From the NCBI RefSeq assembly GCF_030144855.1, contig NW_026780516.1:1-33129 (forward strand): DNA of 33,129 nt. Reading direction: 5' to 3'. Origin of the DNA: Hypanus sabinus (lineage: Eukaryota). The notes beneath the pieces were generated by a model. That model was not told the DNA's origin. It was given only the letters and a program-made list of their open reading frames with translations, and ran no database searches. Position 1 is the first letter of the stretch, and each line of letters begins with the position of its first letter. Both the position numbers and the translations under genes were made by a program. Of this stretch, positions 23,092 to 33,129 are shown piece by piece.

Positions 23092-24213
23092 GAGTTAGAT
23101 AGAAACATAGAAAACCAACATAACAATACAGGCCCTTCGGCCCACAAACCTGGGCCGAACATGTCCCTACGTTAGAAATGACTTAGGGTTACACATCGCC
23201 CTCTGTTTTTCTGAGCTCCATGTCCCTGTCCAGGACCCTCATAAAAGACCCTACCGTCTCCACCACCGTCACCGCCAGCTAATTCCACGCACTCACCACT
23301 CTCTGCGTAAAAACAACTAACCCGTCATCTTCTCTGGACCTACTTACAAACACCTTAAAACTGTTCCCTCTCGTGCTAGTCATTTCAACCCTAGTAGAAA
23401 AAAACTATCTCATCATCTTGTACACCTCTATCAGGTCACCTCTCATCCTCCGTCGCTCCAAGGAGTAAGGGCCGAGTCCGCTCAGCCTATTCTCATAAGA
23501 CATGCTCCCCAATCCAGGCAACATCCTTGTCGATCTCCTCCTCACCCTTTATATGGTTTCCACATCTTTCCTACAGTGAGGTGACCCAGTACTCCAAGTG
23601 GGGTCTGACCAGGGTCCTATAGAGCTGCAACATTACCTCTCGGCTCCGAAACTCAATCCCACGATTGATGAAGGCCAACAGACCGGACGCTTTCTTAACC
23701 ACAGAGTCAACCTGTGCTTTGAGCTTCCTGTGGACTGGCACCCCAAGATCCCTCTGATCCTCCACACTGCCAAGAGTTTTAATATTAATACTTTGTTCTG
23801 CCATCATATTTGACTTACCAAAACGAACCAGCTCACACTTATTTGGGATGAATTCCATCTACCACTTCTCAGCCCAGTTTTGCATCCTATCGATGTCCCA
23901 TTGCAACTCTGACAGCCCTCCACACGACACGCAACACCCCCAAGCTTTGTGTCATCAGCAAATTTACTAACCCATCACTCCACTTGATCAAATAGGTAAT
24001 TTGTTAAAAGAATCACGAAGGGTATTGGTCTCAGAACAGATCTTGGAGCCGCTCCACTGGTCACCGACCACCGTACACAATATGGCCTGGCTACAACCAC
24101 TCTTTGCCTTCTGTGGGCAAGCCAATTCTTGATCCAGAAAGCAGTGCCCCCCTGGATCCCATACCTCCTTAATGTCTCAATTAGCCTTTCATGGGGAACC
24201 TTGTCAAATTCCT
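23092..24213 (-). mobile_element. CR1 LINE 3' portion (RT C-terminus and 3' UTR)
   Basis: FDKVPHERLI, SVEDQRDLGV, LYRTLVRPHLEY motifs; tail tagatagaaacatagaaaacc near 23095. Confidence 0.9.
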
Positions 24214-24345
24214 GACACATGATTGGCTGATTACATATCTGCAGACCCTAATGTGGAGAATCTAAAGTTCCTTGGAGTTATATTGTCGAAACAGCTGACA
24301 TGGTCCATCAACACCTCGCCGCTTGTAAAAAAAAGCACAAGAGAC
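24214..24345 (+). mobile_element. Rex1/Babar- or L2-like fragment, paralogous to 18619-18740
   Basis: acatgattggctgattacatatctgcaga...agttccttggagtt...acatggtccatcaacacctcg aligns by eye with 18622-18722. Confidence 0.7.
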
Positions 24346-24790
24346 TGCGTCTGTCTGTGAATGAGTTAACAGCAGTTTCTGCGCTGCCCTGAGCTTTTTT
24401 TTTCCTTCCCCCACTCCCCCAGTTTAGACTTTGAATTTAAAACTTTTAGTTGCTGATTCTTGAAGGGGAACGATATGTCTTTGAGGAGTGGGAAGAACCT
24501 GTCTGAATCTAGTGATAAAGGCAACGGAGAGGGAAAGATGCAGAAGGAAAGATCTGATCAAATGCCGTTGTGGGCTGAAGATATTGTTCCAACACTGAAT
24601 TCAATTAAAGACCAACTGGAGAAGAACAGTAATGAATTGATGCAATTTCTGGGAAAACATAAAGAGCTGGAAACTCAAGTTATTACACTGAAAGCGACTA
24701 AGCAAAAATTGATTGAAACTACAACCGTTTTGGAAAGATATCGAAATAAGATTGCACACCTGGAAGCTGGGTCTCGCCGAAGGAATATGC

Positions 24791-25606
24791 AGACAGACAG
24801 ACATACTTTGTTGATCCCGAGGGAAATTGGGTTTCGATACAGCCGCACCAACCAAGAATAGTGCAGAAATATAGNNNNNNNNNNNNNNNNNNNNNNNNNN
24901 NNNNNNNNNNNNNNNNNNNNNNNNNNNNNNNNNNNNNNNNNNNNNNNNNNNNNNNNNNNNNNNNNNNNNNNNNNNNNNNNNNNNNNNNNNNNNNNNNNNN
25001 NNNNNNNNNNNNNNNNNNNNNNNNNNNNNNNNNNNNNNNNNNNNNNNNNNNNNNNNNNNNAGTCCAGGACCAGCCTATTGGCTCAGGGTCTCTGACACTC
25101 CGAGGGAGGAGTTGTAAAGTTTGATGGTCACAGGCAGGAATGACTTCCTATGACGCTCAGTGTTACATCTCGGTGCAATGAGTCTCTGGCTGAATGTACT
25201 CCTGTGCCTAACCAGTACATTACGGAGTGGATGGGAGACATTGCCCAAGATGGCATGCAACTTGGACAGCATCGTCTTTTCAGTCACCACCGACAGAGAG
25301 TCCAGTTCCACCCCTACAGCATCACTGGCCTTACGAATGAGTTTGTTGATTCTGTTGGTGTCTGCTACCCTCAGCCCGCTGCCCCAGCACACAACAGCAA
25401 ACATGATAGCACTGGCCAGCACAGCCTCGTAGAACATCCTCAGCATCGTCCGGCAGATGTTAAAGGACCTCAGTCTCCTCAGGAAGTAGAGACGGCTCTG
25501 ACCCTTCTTGTAGACAGCCTATTTGTTCTTTGACCAGTCTAGTTTATTATCAATTCGTATCCCCAGGTATTTGTAATCCTCCACCATGTCCACACCGACC
25601 CCAACT
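24791..25606 (-). mobile_element. Rex1/Babar-like LINE 3' fragment inserted in L1 ORF1 (spans the second gap)
   Basis: VEDYKYLGIRIDNKLDWSKN; LRMFYEAVLASAIMFAVVCWG..RINKLIRKAS..RCNTERHRKSFLP. L1 ORF1 stops at RRN-M (24790) and resumes at IRIVGL (25611). Confidence 0.8.
24875..25060. other. Assembly gap (186 N)
   Basis: Run of N. Confidence 1.
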
Positions 25607-26526
25607 GACTATACGAATAGTTGGGCTGTAGGATGGAATTGAAATTGGAGACTTAGCTGTTTAATTTGGTAAGCTTTTTTTATACCTTATTTCCTACTGT
25701 ACTATCGCAGCCGTCTACTATAGAAAGAGCACATAGATTGATATCTTCGAGACAACAAGATAAACCACGTGCTATTTTGGTCTGTTTTCATCATTTTAAG
25801 ATTAAGGATGATATAGTGCGACAGGCAAGAAGCAGAGAGTTTTCAGATTTGAGAAATTTGAGTTCCGTTTCTGCGAAGATTATCCGAAGGAGGTAACGGA
25901 GCACAGACGAAAATTTGCTCTGGGAAATGAAACAGGCAGATGAAAAAAGTTGTTCCCTTCCCTGCGTCACCCAGCAGGAATGAAAGTGTTTTTCCTCCTA
26001 ATTCTCCTCCTGGTATTTTCTTTGATCGCAACAGTGGCACTGGCGTTTATTCAAACCATACCTGCCGATTGAACTGTCTGGAAGGTTGTTTGGCTATCTG
26101 CATTATCGTTTCCGGAAGGAGGGTTATGAAGGCTGATTTATGCAGATCAGGGGAATTGTTTATTGTTATTATAAATCACCGGTTTGTTTTGGAAAGAAGG
26201 TTCGTGGTTCATTGCGCTGCACTCGATGCCAAAGTGAGCCGGTCTCCACTTCGGGTTGATGATGGCAAGTGGGACGCATTTCATCCTCCTGATTCTGCCG
26301 TTGAACCTAAGCAACTCAAACCATCCCAGATCCGCGGAAAGCCGTGTGGTGTTCTTGTTCGCCTTATGCAGTGCGGCATTAAGCTTCGTTTCGCTTGGTA
26401 GAGGATTGAAATTTGAAGGGTGGAGGTGGATTTTAGGTACGCGAGTTTCTTCCGTTTGTACATTATGAACAATATCTGGTTGATGACTGAGAGAAATTAG
26501 AGTTTAATTGAATTCCTGCCTCACAG

Positions 26527-26820
26527 GGATTCTGGCCGGGTACGTGCAGCAGTCACTTTCCTCCCTATCAATCGGAGAAGGAGAGTCGGCCAGCGTCCCG
26601 TGTACGCTGCTAAATACGAGATATCCAGCTATGTTCTGGTACAGACAGAGATCCGATCGAACATGCGATGCTCTCCTTTATTCAGCTGGGTAAGCTCTGT
26701 CATTGAACTACACAGCCGATTCCTTCACTGCGACAAGACCCAGCAGCACTTTGTTTAAACTGGAACCGAGGCGGCCATCAGCTTCCCACGACGGCGTCTA
26801 CTATTGCGCTTGTATTATCG
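26527..26820 (+). pseudogene. TCR beta-like V pseudogene (V2)
   Basis: Acceptor cacag|GG ATT. Reads GYVQQS..SVPCTLLN..MFWYRQ..LLYSAG-stop(TAA 26691-26693)-..FTATRPSSTLFKL..GVYYCAC. Candidate leader ends at CTT G|GTAGAG (26397). Confidence 0.88.
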
Positions 26821-26859
26821 CTCAGAAGTTGACATAACGAGATGACCGCTACTGAACTG
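26821..26859 (+). other. Degenerate 23-RSS of V2
   Basis: CTCAGAA (the essential CAC is lost), 23-nt spacer, ACTGAACTG. Placed by alignment with the RSS of V3. Confidence 0.65.
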
Positions 26860-29800
26860 TAATGTCGTTCTTGGTAAAACGTACAGGAAGTGCCGCCGTC
26901 GACAGAGGGCCAATGGGATTCTTGTAAACAGATAAGAGGCAAAGCGTTTCGGGCATTCGACTGAGAAATAGAAGGTAAGGTGACTTACTCCTTTAATCTA
27001 ATATCTGGTTTGATGTTTTTTTGTTTCTTTCATAATTAACTAACTGGTAGTTTTTCCCACTAATGGGGTTATTTTCTTTTTTAGATATACTTAGCGGAGG
27101 TATCAATTATTCGTAAAATATTATTAGTTGGTAGTTTTGAAAAGATAGTTGGATTAAATATTAATCTTTCTTCTTGCTTTTTTAAGTTTTTTTCAAATTC
27201 TGCTGCTTTGATTTGTTATTAAATAATATGCCTGGTTTCTGAAGGTAAATGTGTTTTAGATCTTAATAACTGTTAACCTTTTAAAATTTTCTTTGACTGA
27301 GAGCAGACGAGGCTTCGTTTTCTATCATAAAGAGCTTGCATTTTTCTGAGCTGAGGTGGGAGGGGGTTTGGTTAGAGTTAGGGGGTTTAACCGATTGGGT
27401 GGTTCCGGAGCATGCGTGTTTCTTACTTGGTGGCATTCTTCATCTCCGCCATTTTTGATCATCCCGTATTGGCATGTGCTCGGCGCATGTGTAAAGAAGA
27501 ATCAAATTATCGTATGGCATTTAAAGAGATTGAAAATACGTTGGAATGTACCTGCTTGGAATCATCCTATCAAACGAAAAAAGAGTTTTAAAATATTTAA
27601 TCGATTCCGGCCGGAAATCATTATTGCCCAAGAGACGCATATCTGGGCAGGAGATCAAGACAGATTTTTTGGATCGTGGAATGATTTGCAATTTCACTCT
27701 ACCTCTCAATGTAAAACTAAACTCCACAATGCGTCGTCTCTTTAGATGCTGAAAAGGCGTTTGATTGATTCGAATAGATATACTTATTTAATGTTTTAGA
27801 GAAATTTGGCTTTGGTGTTAATTTTAATAATTGGGTTACAATTATATATAACTATTTGCTACTGTTGTTACGAATAATTGTAGATCCCCTTTGTACAGCT
27901 TTCACGGGGAATAAGACAGGGTTGCCGATTATGTCCTTTGCTATTTAATTTAATATTAGAACCCCTTGCTATTGCCCTTCGTGAAGCGAATGATACTCAC
28001 GGGATTCTTGTGAATGAGACCATTCATAAGATTTCTCTTTATGCAGAAGATTTATTGGCTTGCATATCTAATCCCGAGGAATCTATTCCGGTCTTGCTAA
28101 AATTATTCAATGAATTTGGTGATTTTTGAGGATATAAAATTAATTTTAATAAAGGTGAACTGTTTCCTTTAAATGAATCTGTTTTATATCTGATAATACT
28201 CCTTTCATATTTATGAATTCCTTTAGATATCCAGGCGTTATAATCACTAAAATATAAGGATCTTTATAAAGCTAATTTTGTTTCGTTTGGTATATTCTAT
28301 GAAGTCTAAGAGGTGTTGTAATCGAATTTATTCAGTTATCTCATCTTTTATTTGGAATGATAAAAGACTGAGAATTAGTGAATGTCACTTACAAAAATTG
28401 AAAAAGGATGGAGGTCTTTCTTTGACTAATTCTAGAATGTATTACTGTGCTGTTAATGTGCGATATATGTCCTTTTGGTTACACTGGGTTGATAAGAACA
28501 AGCAGCCAATTTGGGTAGATTTGGAATTGAAAGCTGTGAAACAGTTTTATTTAACCGCGTTATTGGGAACTGCTGTACCTACACAATTAGCTAAAGATGC
28601 TAATTTAAAATTATACCGTGTGATTAAGTATCCTTTACAAATTTGGTTCCAGTTCGGTAATTGTTTTAATCTTAAAAAAATTAAACTTTGCTGCTTAATT
28701 TATCGGAACTATTTTTAAGCCTTCTTTGAGTGATCCATTTTTTTTATTTTGGAAAAATAAAGGTATTAATTCATTTTTGGATCTATATAAAGAAGATAGT
28801 CTGATGTCTCTTGAGCAATTAATTGACAAATACTCTCTTTCATATTCATACTTCTTACAATACCTTCAAGTTAGACATTCCTTACAAAAATATTTAAGTC
28901 ATTTTCCTTGCATATTAGAGGCCGACCTGTTCAATTCTGTTATGAGTATGACCCCTTTGATGAAGGATTCCATTGGAAGAATCTATAATTTATTACTACA
29001 ATGGCTTATGGGCCCTTTCTTTAAGGTTGAATACGATTGGGAAAAGGAAGTTAATTTGACTTTTATAGCGTCGGACGAGATGCGGATTTTGAAATTGGTT
29101 AACTCTTCTTCGATTTGTGCTAGCCATTCATTGATTCAGTTCAAAATTGTACATCGTTATTACTTGCGGAAGGAGAGATAGTCTGCAATCTTTTCCAATG
29201 TTGATAGTTATTGTGATGAGTGTGAAACTAAGGCAGCTACAGTGACACATAAGTTTTGGTCCTGTTCTATATTGGAACGATTTTGGAAGTCAGTTTGTTT
29301 CCCCACAATTTCTAAAGCACTTAAAATTAATTTAATTTACAACCTAACAAATTAACTGTGCTCTTTGGAATAATACCTCAAAATATCCGCGGTATGTCCT
29401 TGCCTGAGCAACATGTTGTTGCGTTTGTCACATTGATAGCTGGGAGTGCCGTCATGTTGAAGTGGAAGGACACGTCGGCTCCCACTCTGTCACAACGGTT
29501 CACGCAAGTGTTAGTTTGGAGAAAATTAGACGTCGAACCTTCGAACCTATGATTGATTTTGAGAAAAGATGTCGTTCATTTGCTTGTTATTACCATTTGA
29601 GACAATTGATAGATTTTCTCCAAGTTTATAGGTATTGCTGGCGGCTTGATATTTATCTTCAGAAGCTTGTCGTATGATGCATTGCTCCGGGGTTGAACAT
29701 CTAATGGGTCTTTTTTTTCCCTCACCTTTTTCTTGCTTCAGTAGCTTTTTTTCTCTATTCTTCTCTTCTTTTGTGTCACCATATGTTTCAATCCTTAATA

Positions 29801-30219
29801 TTGTCTTTTTTTTTTGCTATTTTGAGATGTCGTAAGTGTTACTGACTTTGATGTACTCTTGTATTTCTCTCGTGGTTACAGAGAACGGTGCGAAAAACCG
29901 TTGTGCTAATTGTGTGGCTGAAAACGCTCTGTTAACGGCCGAGGTCAGAGGAGAAAGGCCAGACTCTGACAAGCTGAGAGGAAGGCGACAGTAATTCAAG
30001 TGACCACGTGTTACAACAGTGGTGTGCAGAAGATCATCTCTGAATGCACAATATGTTGAACCTTGAAGCGGATGGGCTGCAATAGCAGAGGATCACCAGC
30101 ATACGCAGCGCATTGTTGCCCTCACGTGGCTAGAAGCCGGTTCTGCACTTTTTGGTCAATAGGTGGAAAGATTTTCTGTGGCCGAAGACCCGCGCCCTCC
30201 CGCTCTTGATGGCGCGTGG

Positions 30220-30540
30220 AAAAGTGTAAAATTGGACCATTCCGGCCAAGACCCTTCATCAGGACTGGGAGTGAAAAGTGGAGCGGGGTGGAGGGTACAG
30301 GAAAATTTCCGAAATATTTGTTGCGGGATGGGTAAAAGGGAAGGGGTCAGGGGCTGGAGTTGGAAGAATGTGATAGGAGAGGAGACGGAAAACAGGGGAA
30401 GGGGAAGGAGGAGAGTTTCAAGAGAGAAGCAATAATCATGCGACCAAAAGGAAAAAGTAACAGTGTTATACACCATCAAGTTGGAGGTAACTCAGATGGA
30501 ATAGAAGAAGTTGCTCCTCTACCTTGACTGTAGCTTCTTG
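30220..30540 (-). mobile_element. Penelope-like element 3' remnant (GIY-YIG C-terminal tail and degenerate hammerhead motif)
   Basis: Minus strand QEATVKVEEQLLLFHLSYLQLDG resembles the xLEEQHLIFRLGxLQPxG end of fish Penelope-like ORFs; followed by a pyrimidine-rich stretch and cagtcCTGATGAagggtcttggccGGAAT. Confidence 0.7.
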
Positions 30541-31247
30541 ACGCCAGGAGTCACCAAGAAGCGACACGTCAGAAGGTGAATGGGATTCAGAATTATAATC
30601 TCTGGCCCTATACAGTTATGCCGTGTAAAGCTTGTTCGCAGAAAACAATTCATTACATTTTGCATCGATACAGAGAAAGGTAATTTAATAAATCCGTTTA
30701 CACTTGCTGCATCTATGAAGTTACAGTGAAAATCTGGTCTTGCACACAGGTCACAGTGCACTGGTGTAGAATAATGTTCATCAAATATGATTACATTCGA
30801 CAGAGAATACCGCAGTGAGGGTGAACAGGACTACAGATAGGTAGATTGTGATGTCGAGAAACCACATTATTGTCCCGTCCTCGAGCATAAGAATAGGGTA
30901 ACGAAGGCTGAGAAGCTGCTGGATTGGTGACTGGAGCTTTTATTATCATCGGGTTCATTACTGAGGTAACGAGGTCTACGGACAGAGGGGACGGTTGAAC
31001 GTTGTGCTGAGCTGTGTGCAGGGTCCTCTCGGGTTTCCGGCCGTCAATTGCAGAGCAGATGGTACAACAGGCCGTTATTCATCAAAGCCCCTTTGCTTGT
31101 CGATGTGATATATGAGGTAGCAGGTGCACGCGCGGAAATGCAGCCGAGTGCAGACCGTTCGTGACAGAAAGGAGCAGCCGAACACGGTCTTGTGCTGCCA
31201 CCTACTGTTACGACATCGTCCCTGAACCTCCCTGCTGCAGGCTCGAA

Positions 31248-31286
31248 GGTTTTTACAGCGGGAGACTCGTTGTCTGTCGTTCTGTG
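31248..31286 (-). other. 23-RSS of V3
   Basis: Minus strand heptamer CACAGAA (31286-31280), 23-nt spacer, nonamer GTAAAAACC (31256-31248). Confidence 0.85.
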
Positions 31287-31568
31287 CGCTATTACAAGCG
31301 CAGTAGTAGACGGCGGAGTGGGAGGCCGATGCCCGTCCCAGTTCCAGTTTAAACAGAGTGCTGCTGGGTCTTGTCGCCGTGAAGGAATCGGATGTGTAGT
31401 TCCTAACCGAACCTTGTCCAGCAGAATAGAAGAGAGCATCTATTATCCGGTCCGATCGCTGCCTGTACCAATAGCCCGTATTCAGCACAGTGCTTTCGAT
31501 GCTGAACGGCTGTCCCACACCGATTGACAGGGAGGACGGCGATTGCTCCACATACGCGGAGAGAATCC
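31287..31568 (-). pseudogene. TCR beta-like V segment (V3), in frame but probably non-functional; inverted relative to V1/V2
   Basis: Acceptor ttctag|GG ATT. Reads AYVEQSPSSLSIGVGQPFSIESTVLNTGYWYRQ..FTATRPSSTLFKLEL..AVYYCACNS. AGC (Ser) replaces C23; 12 nt are missing versus V2 just before W41; no intact leader exon identified. Confidence 0.85.
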
Positions 31569-32789
31569 CTAGAAGATAGAAAAAAAGAAACGATTCGACT
31601 CCAATCTTTTTTTCGATTGAACATCAAGTGCTGAGCTGGACTGAAGGACATTTCTGGCGATCTCGAAGACCCTGCTCACTTTTCCATTGACACGATTGGC
31701 CATCCTCGCGGCACGACCAGATTCCACTGGCGGTGAGAATCGACGGGCTGAATAGACACGCAACAGGCGAGACAGCTCCGACTCCGACTTACTCTGATTC
31801 AGACACAACGAGAGCCATTGAAACGGAGTGAAGAACTGCCGTTGAATACCCTGCAGGATATTCGCATAGTCGCGTTTGGTCCGCGTTCATTTCGGCTCAG
31901 AGCCCCACACAGCCTTGGAAAAATCGCTTGGTATCCCCTTTCAAGCTGAAGCAGACGCCATTTAAATGCTCTATCCGGCAGCGCATCACCGAAAAGCGCG
32001 TTAACGAGTTATCAGTGATCGGACGAGGAAATCTAACCGATACTGCACTACAGAGGGCATTCCGTGCCCCCGTAACCCCAGACCTGTGATTCTAACTTAC
32101 GTGGAATCACCACCAGAATCAGCGAGAGGCAAAGTGACCCCCGCACCATCGTTTACAGGATGAGGGTAGTTCCGCTGTGTGGAACCAAATGAAGCTTGTT
32201 ATCAGATGTCAGGGACGTCTCTGTGCGCGGCCTGATAAAGGTCTTTCCGTTGGCTGAGTGACAACACGTCACTTCCGTAGCGGTGTACCTCCTTTGAATT
32301 TGGTAAACTGACGGCAAGAGCCGAGCTGTAAACATGCAAAGCGGATGGGTTTGGATGTTTCGAAGCGGGTTGGCAAATATCACCATTATCTTTCCGTTCC
32401 CTATTAGGGAAACCCACCTACACCTTATCGTCTCACCTGTCCATCATGTCCTTCCGGTCGCCCCCCCCCCCCGGCCTCCCGCCACTTTTCCAATAACCCA
32501 CCGCTCTCCAGTGTCAGCTGACTTACTTCCTCTCTTTATCTATTCCAGCTGTCTACTCCCAGCATCTCAAACAAAAGCCCTCACAACCCCATCCGCCCAT
32601 CTTTCCCCCTCGCCTGATCTTTTCCATCACCTGCCAGCCTGTACTTGTTCAAAGCGTGTGTTCCACTGATTGTGCACCTTTTTCCGCTGGTCTGTCCCCG
32701 ACATGGACGGTTTGTTAGTCATTTCCTTATATAAGGTGGTCCCACTGTCCCTCGACTCTCCCCACCATTCACAACGTTTACGTACGACC

Positions 32790-32840
32790 CTTATACACCG
32801 GGGTCCTTCTGATCCTCAACTGTCTCCAACATCCCAGCTT
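32790..32840 (-). mobile_element. Short CR1 RT snippet
   Basis: TVEDQKDPGV resembles CR1 SVEDQRDLGV. Confidence 0.5.
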
Positions 32841-33129
32841 GTGCTGTGCTTCGGCGAATGAACAGAAGGGATAAAGAGCGGTAGATTTGATCCTGTGGAC
32901 GGCACATGATGAGCGATGGCCAGTCGCACTCAAAGGTTACGAGCCTCTGGCGCTGGAGATATGCGGGGAGACCGCACATAAAAAAAGGAATGATGGAGTG
33001 GAGAGTTTAGTGCACGGATCATCTTCACCGATAACAATCCTTAATAAGGGAGAATATTAAATGGAATAGTTCCGCCCCTTCTCTCATCGATTGATCGCCA
33101 GGGCGCAGCGCATCACTGATAGACCCCTC

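Larger units (their letters stand above)
24470..29825 (+). mobile_element. LINE-1 (fish-type) element, decayed; ORF1 interrupted twice; ORF2 endonuclease and RT remnants
   Basis: ORF1 coiled coil ending HLEAGSRRRN, then IRIVGL, IERAHRL, KPRAILVCFH, RFCEDYPKEV. ORF2 WNV..HPIKRKK..IIIAQETH (APE); RT GIRQGCRLCPLLFNLILEPLA and KISLYAEDLL (YADD decayed), GYKINFNK. T-rich 3' region. ORF2 has a large deletion near 27750. Confidence 0.88.

Noticed and set aside
24460-24861. 133-aa coiled-coil ORF as a host gene
   Set aside because: It is the L1 ORF1 N-terminus reading into the Rex1-like insertion tail.
30752-30790. Perfect heptamer CACAGTG
   Set aside because: No nonamer-like sequence at 12- or 23-nt spacing and no adjacent V, D or J coding sequence.
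1-33129. CRISPR arrays, rRNA, tRNA, prokaryotic operons
   Set aside because: No regularly spaced direct repeats or recognisable RNA genes; spliced genes and LINEs show this is eukaryotic DNA.

Overview
Vertebrate (not prokaryotic) genomic DNA, very likely from a cartilaginous fish, probably a ray/skate (inferred from the repeat families, the GPCR family and the TCR V sequences). It has two N-gaps (20375-20535, 24875-25060). Recognisable gene content: (1) an intact two-exon class A GPCR of the GPR139/142-like type, exons 5338-5482 and 15335-16257 (355 aa when spliced), whose 9852-nt intron is mostly CR1 LINEs; (2) three T-cell receptor beta-like V segments with 23-bp-spacer RSSs. V1 (+, 21306-22023) looks fully functional. 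V2 (+, 26527-26820) has a stop codon and a broken RSS and sits inside a LINE-1 ORF1. V3 (-, 31287-31568) is an inverted paralog of V2 that is in frame with a plausible RSS but lacks the first conserved Cys and 4 codons. I found no D, J or C segment. Most of the rest is decayed retroelements: CR1, L1, Rex1/Babar-like, a PNMA-like Ty3/Gypsy gag-protease and Penelope-like remnants. Most listed ORFs are retroelement fragments or noise. Repeat boundaries are read by eye and approximate; family assignments come from motif recognition, not database searches.
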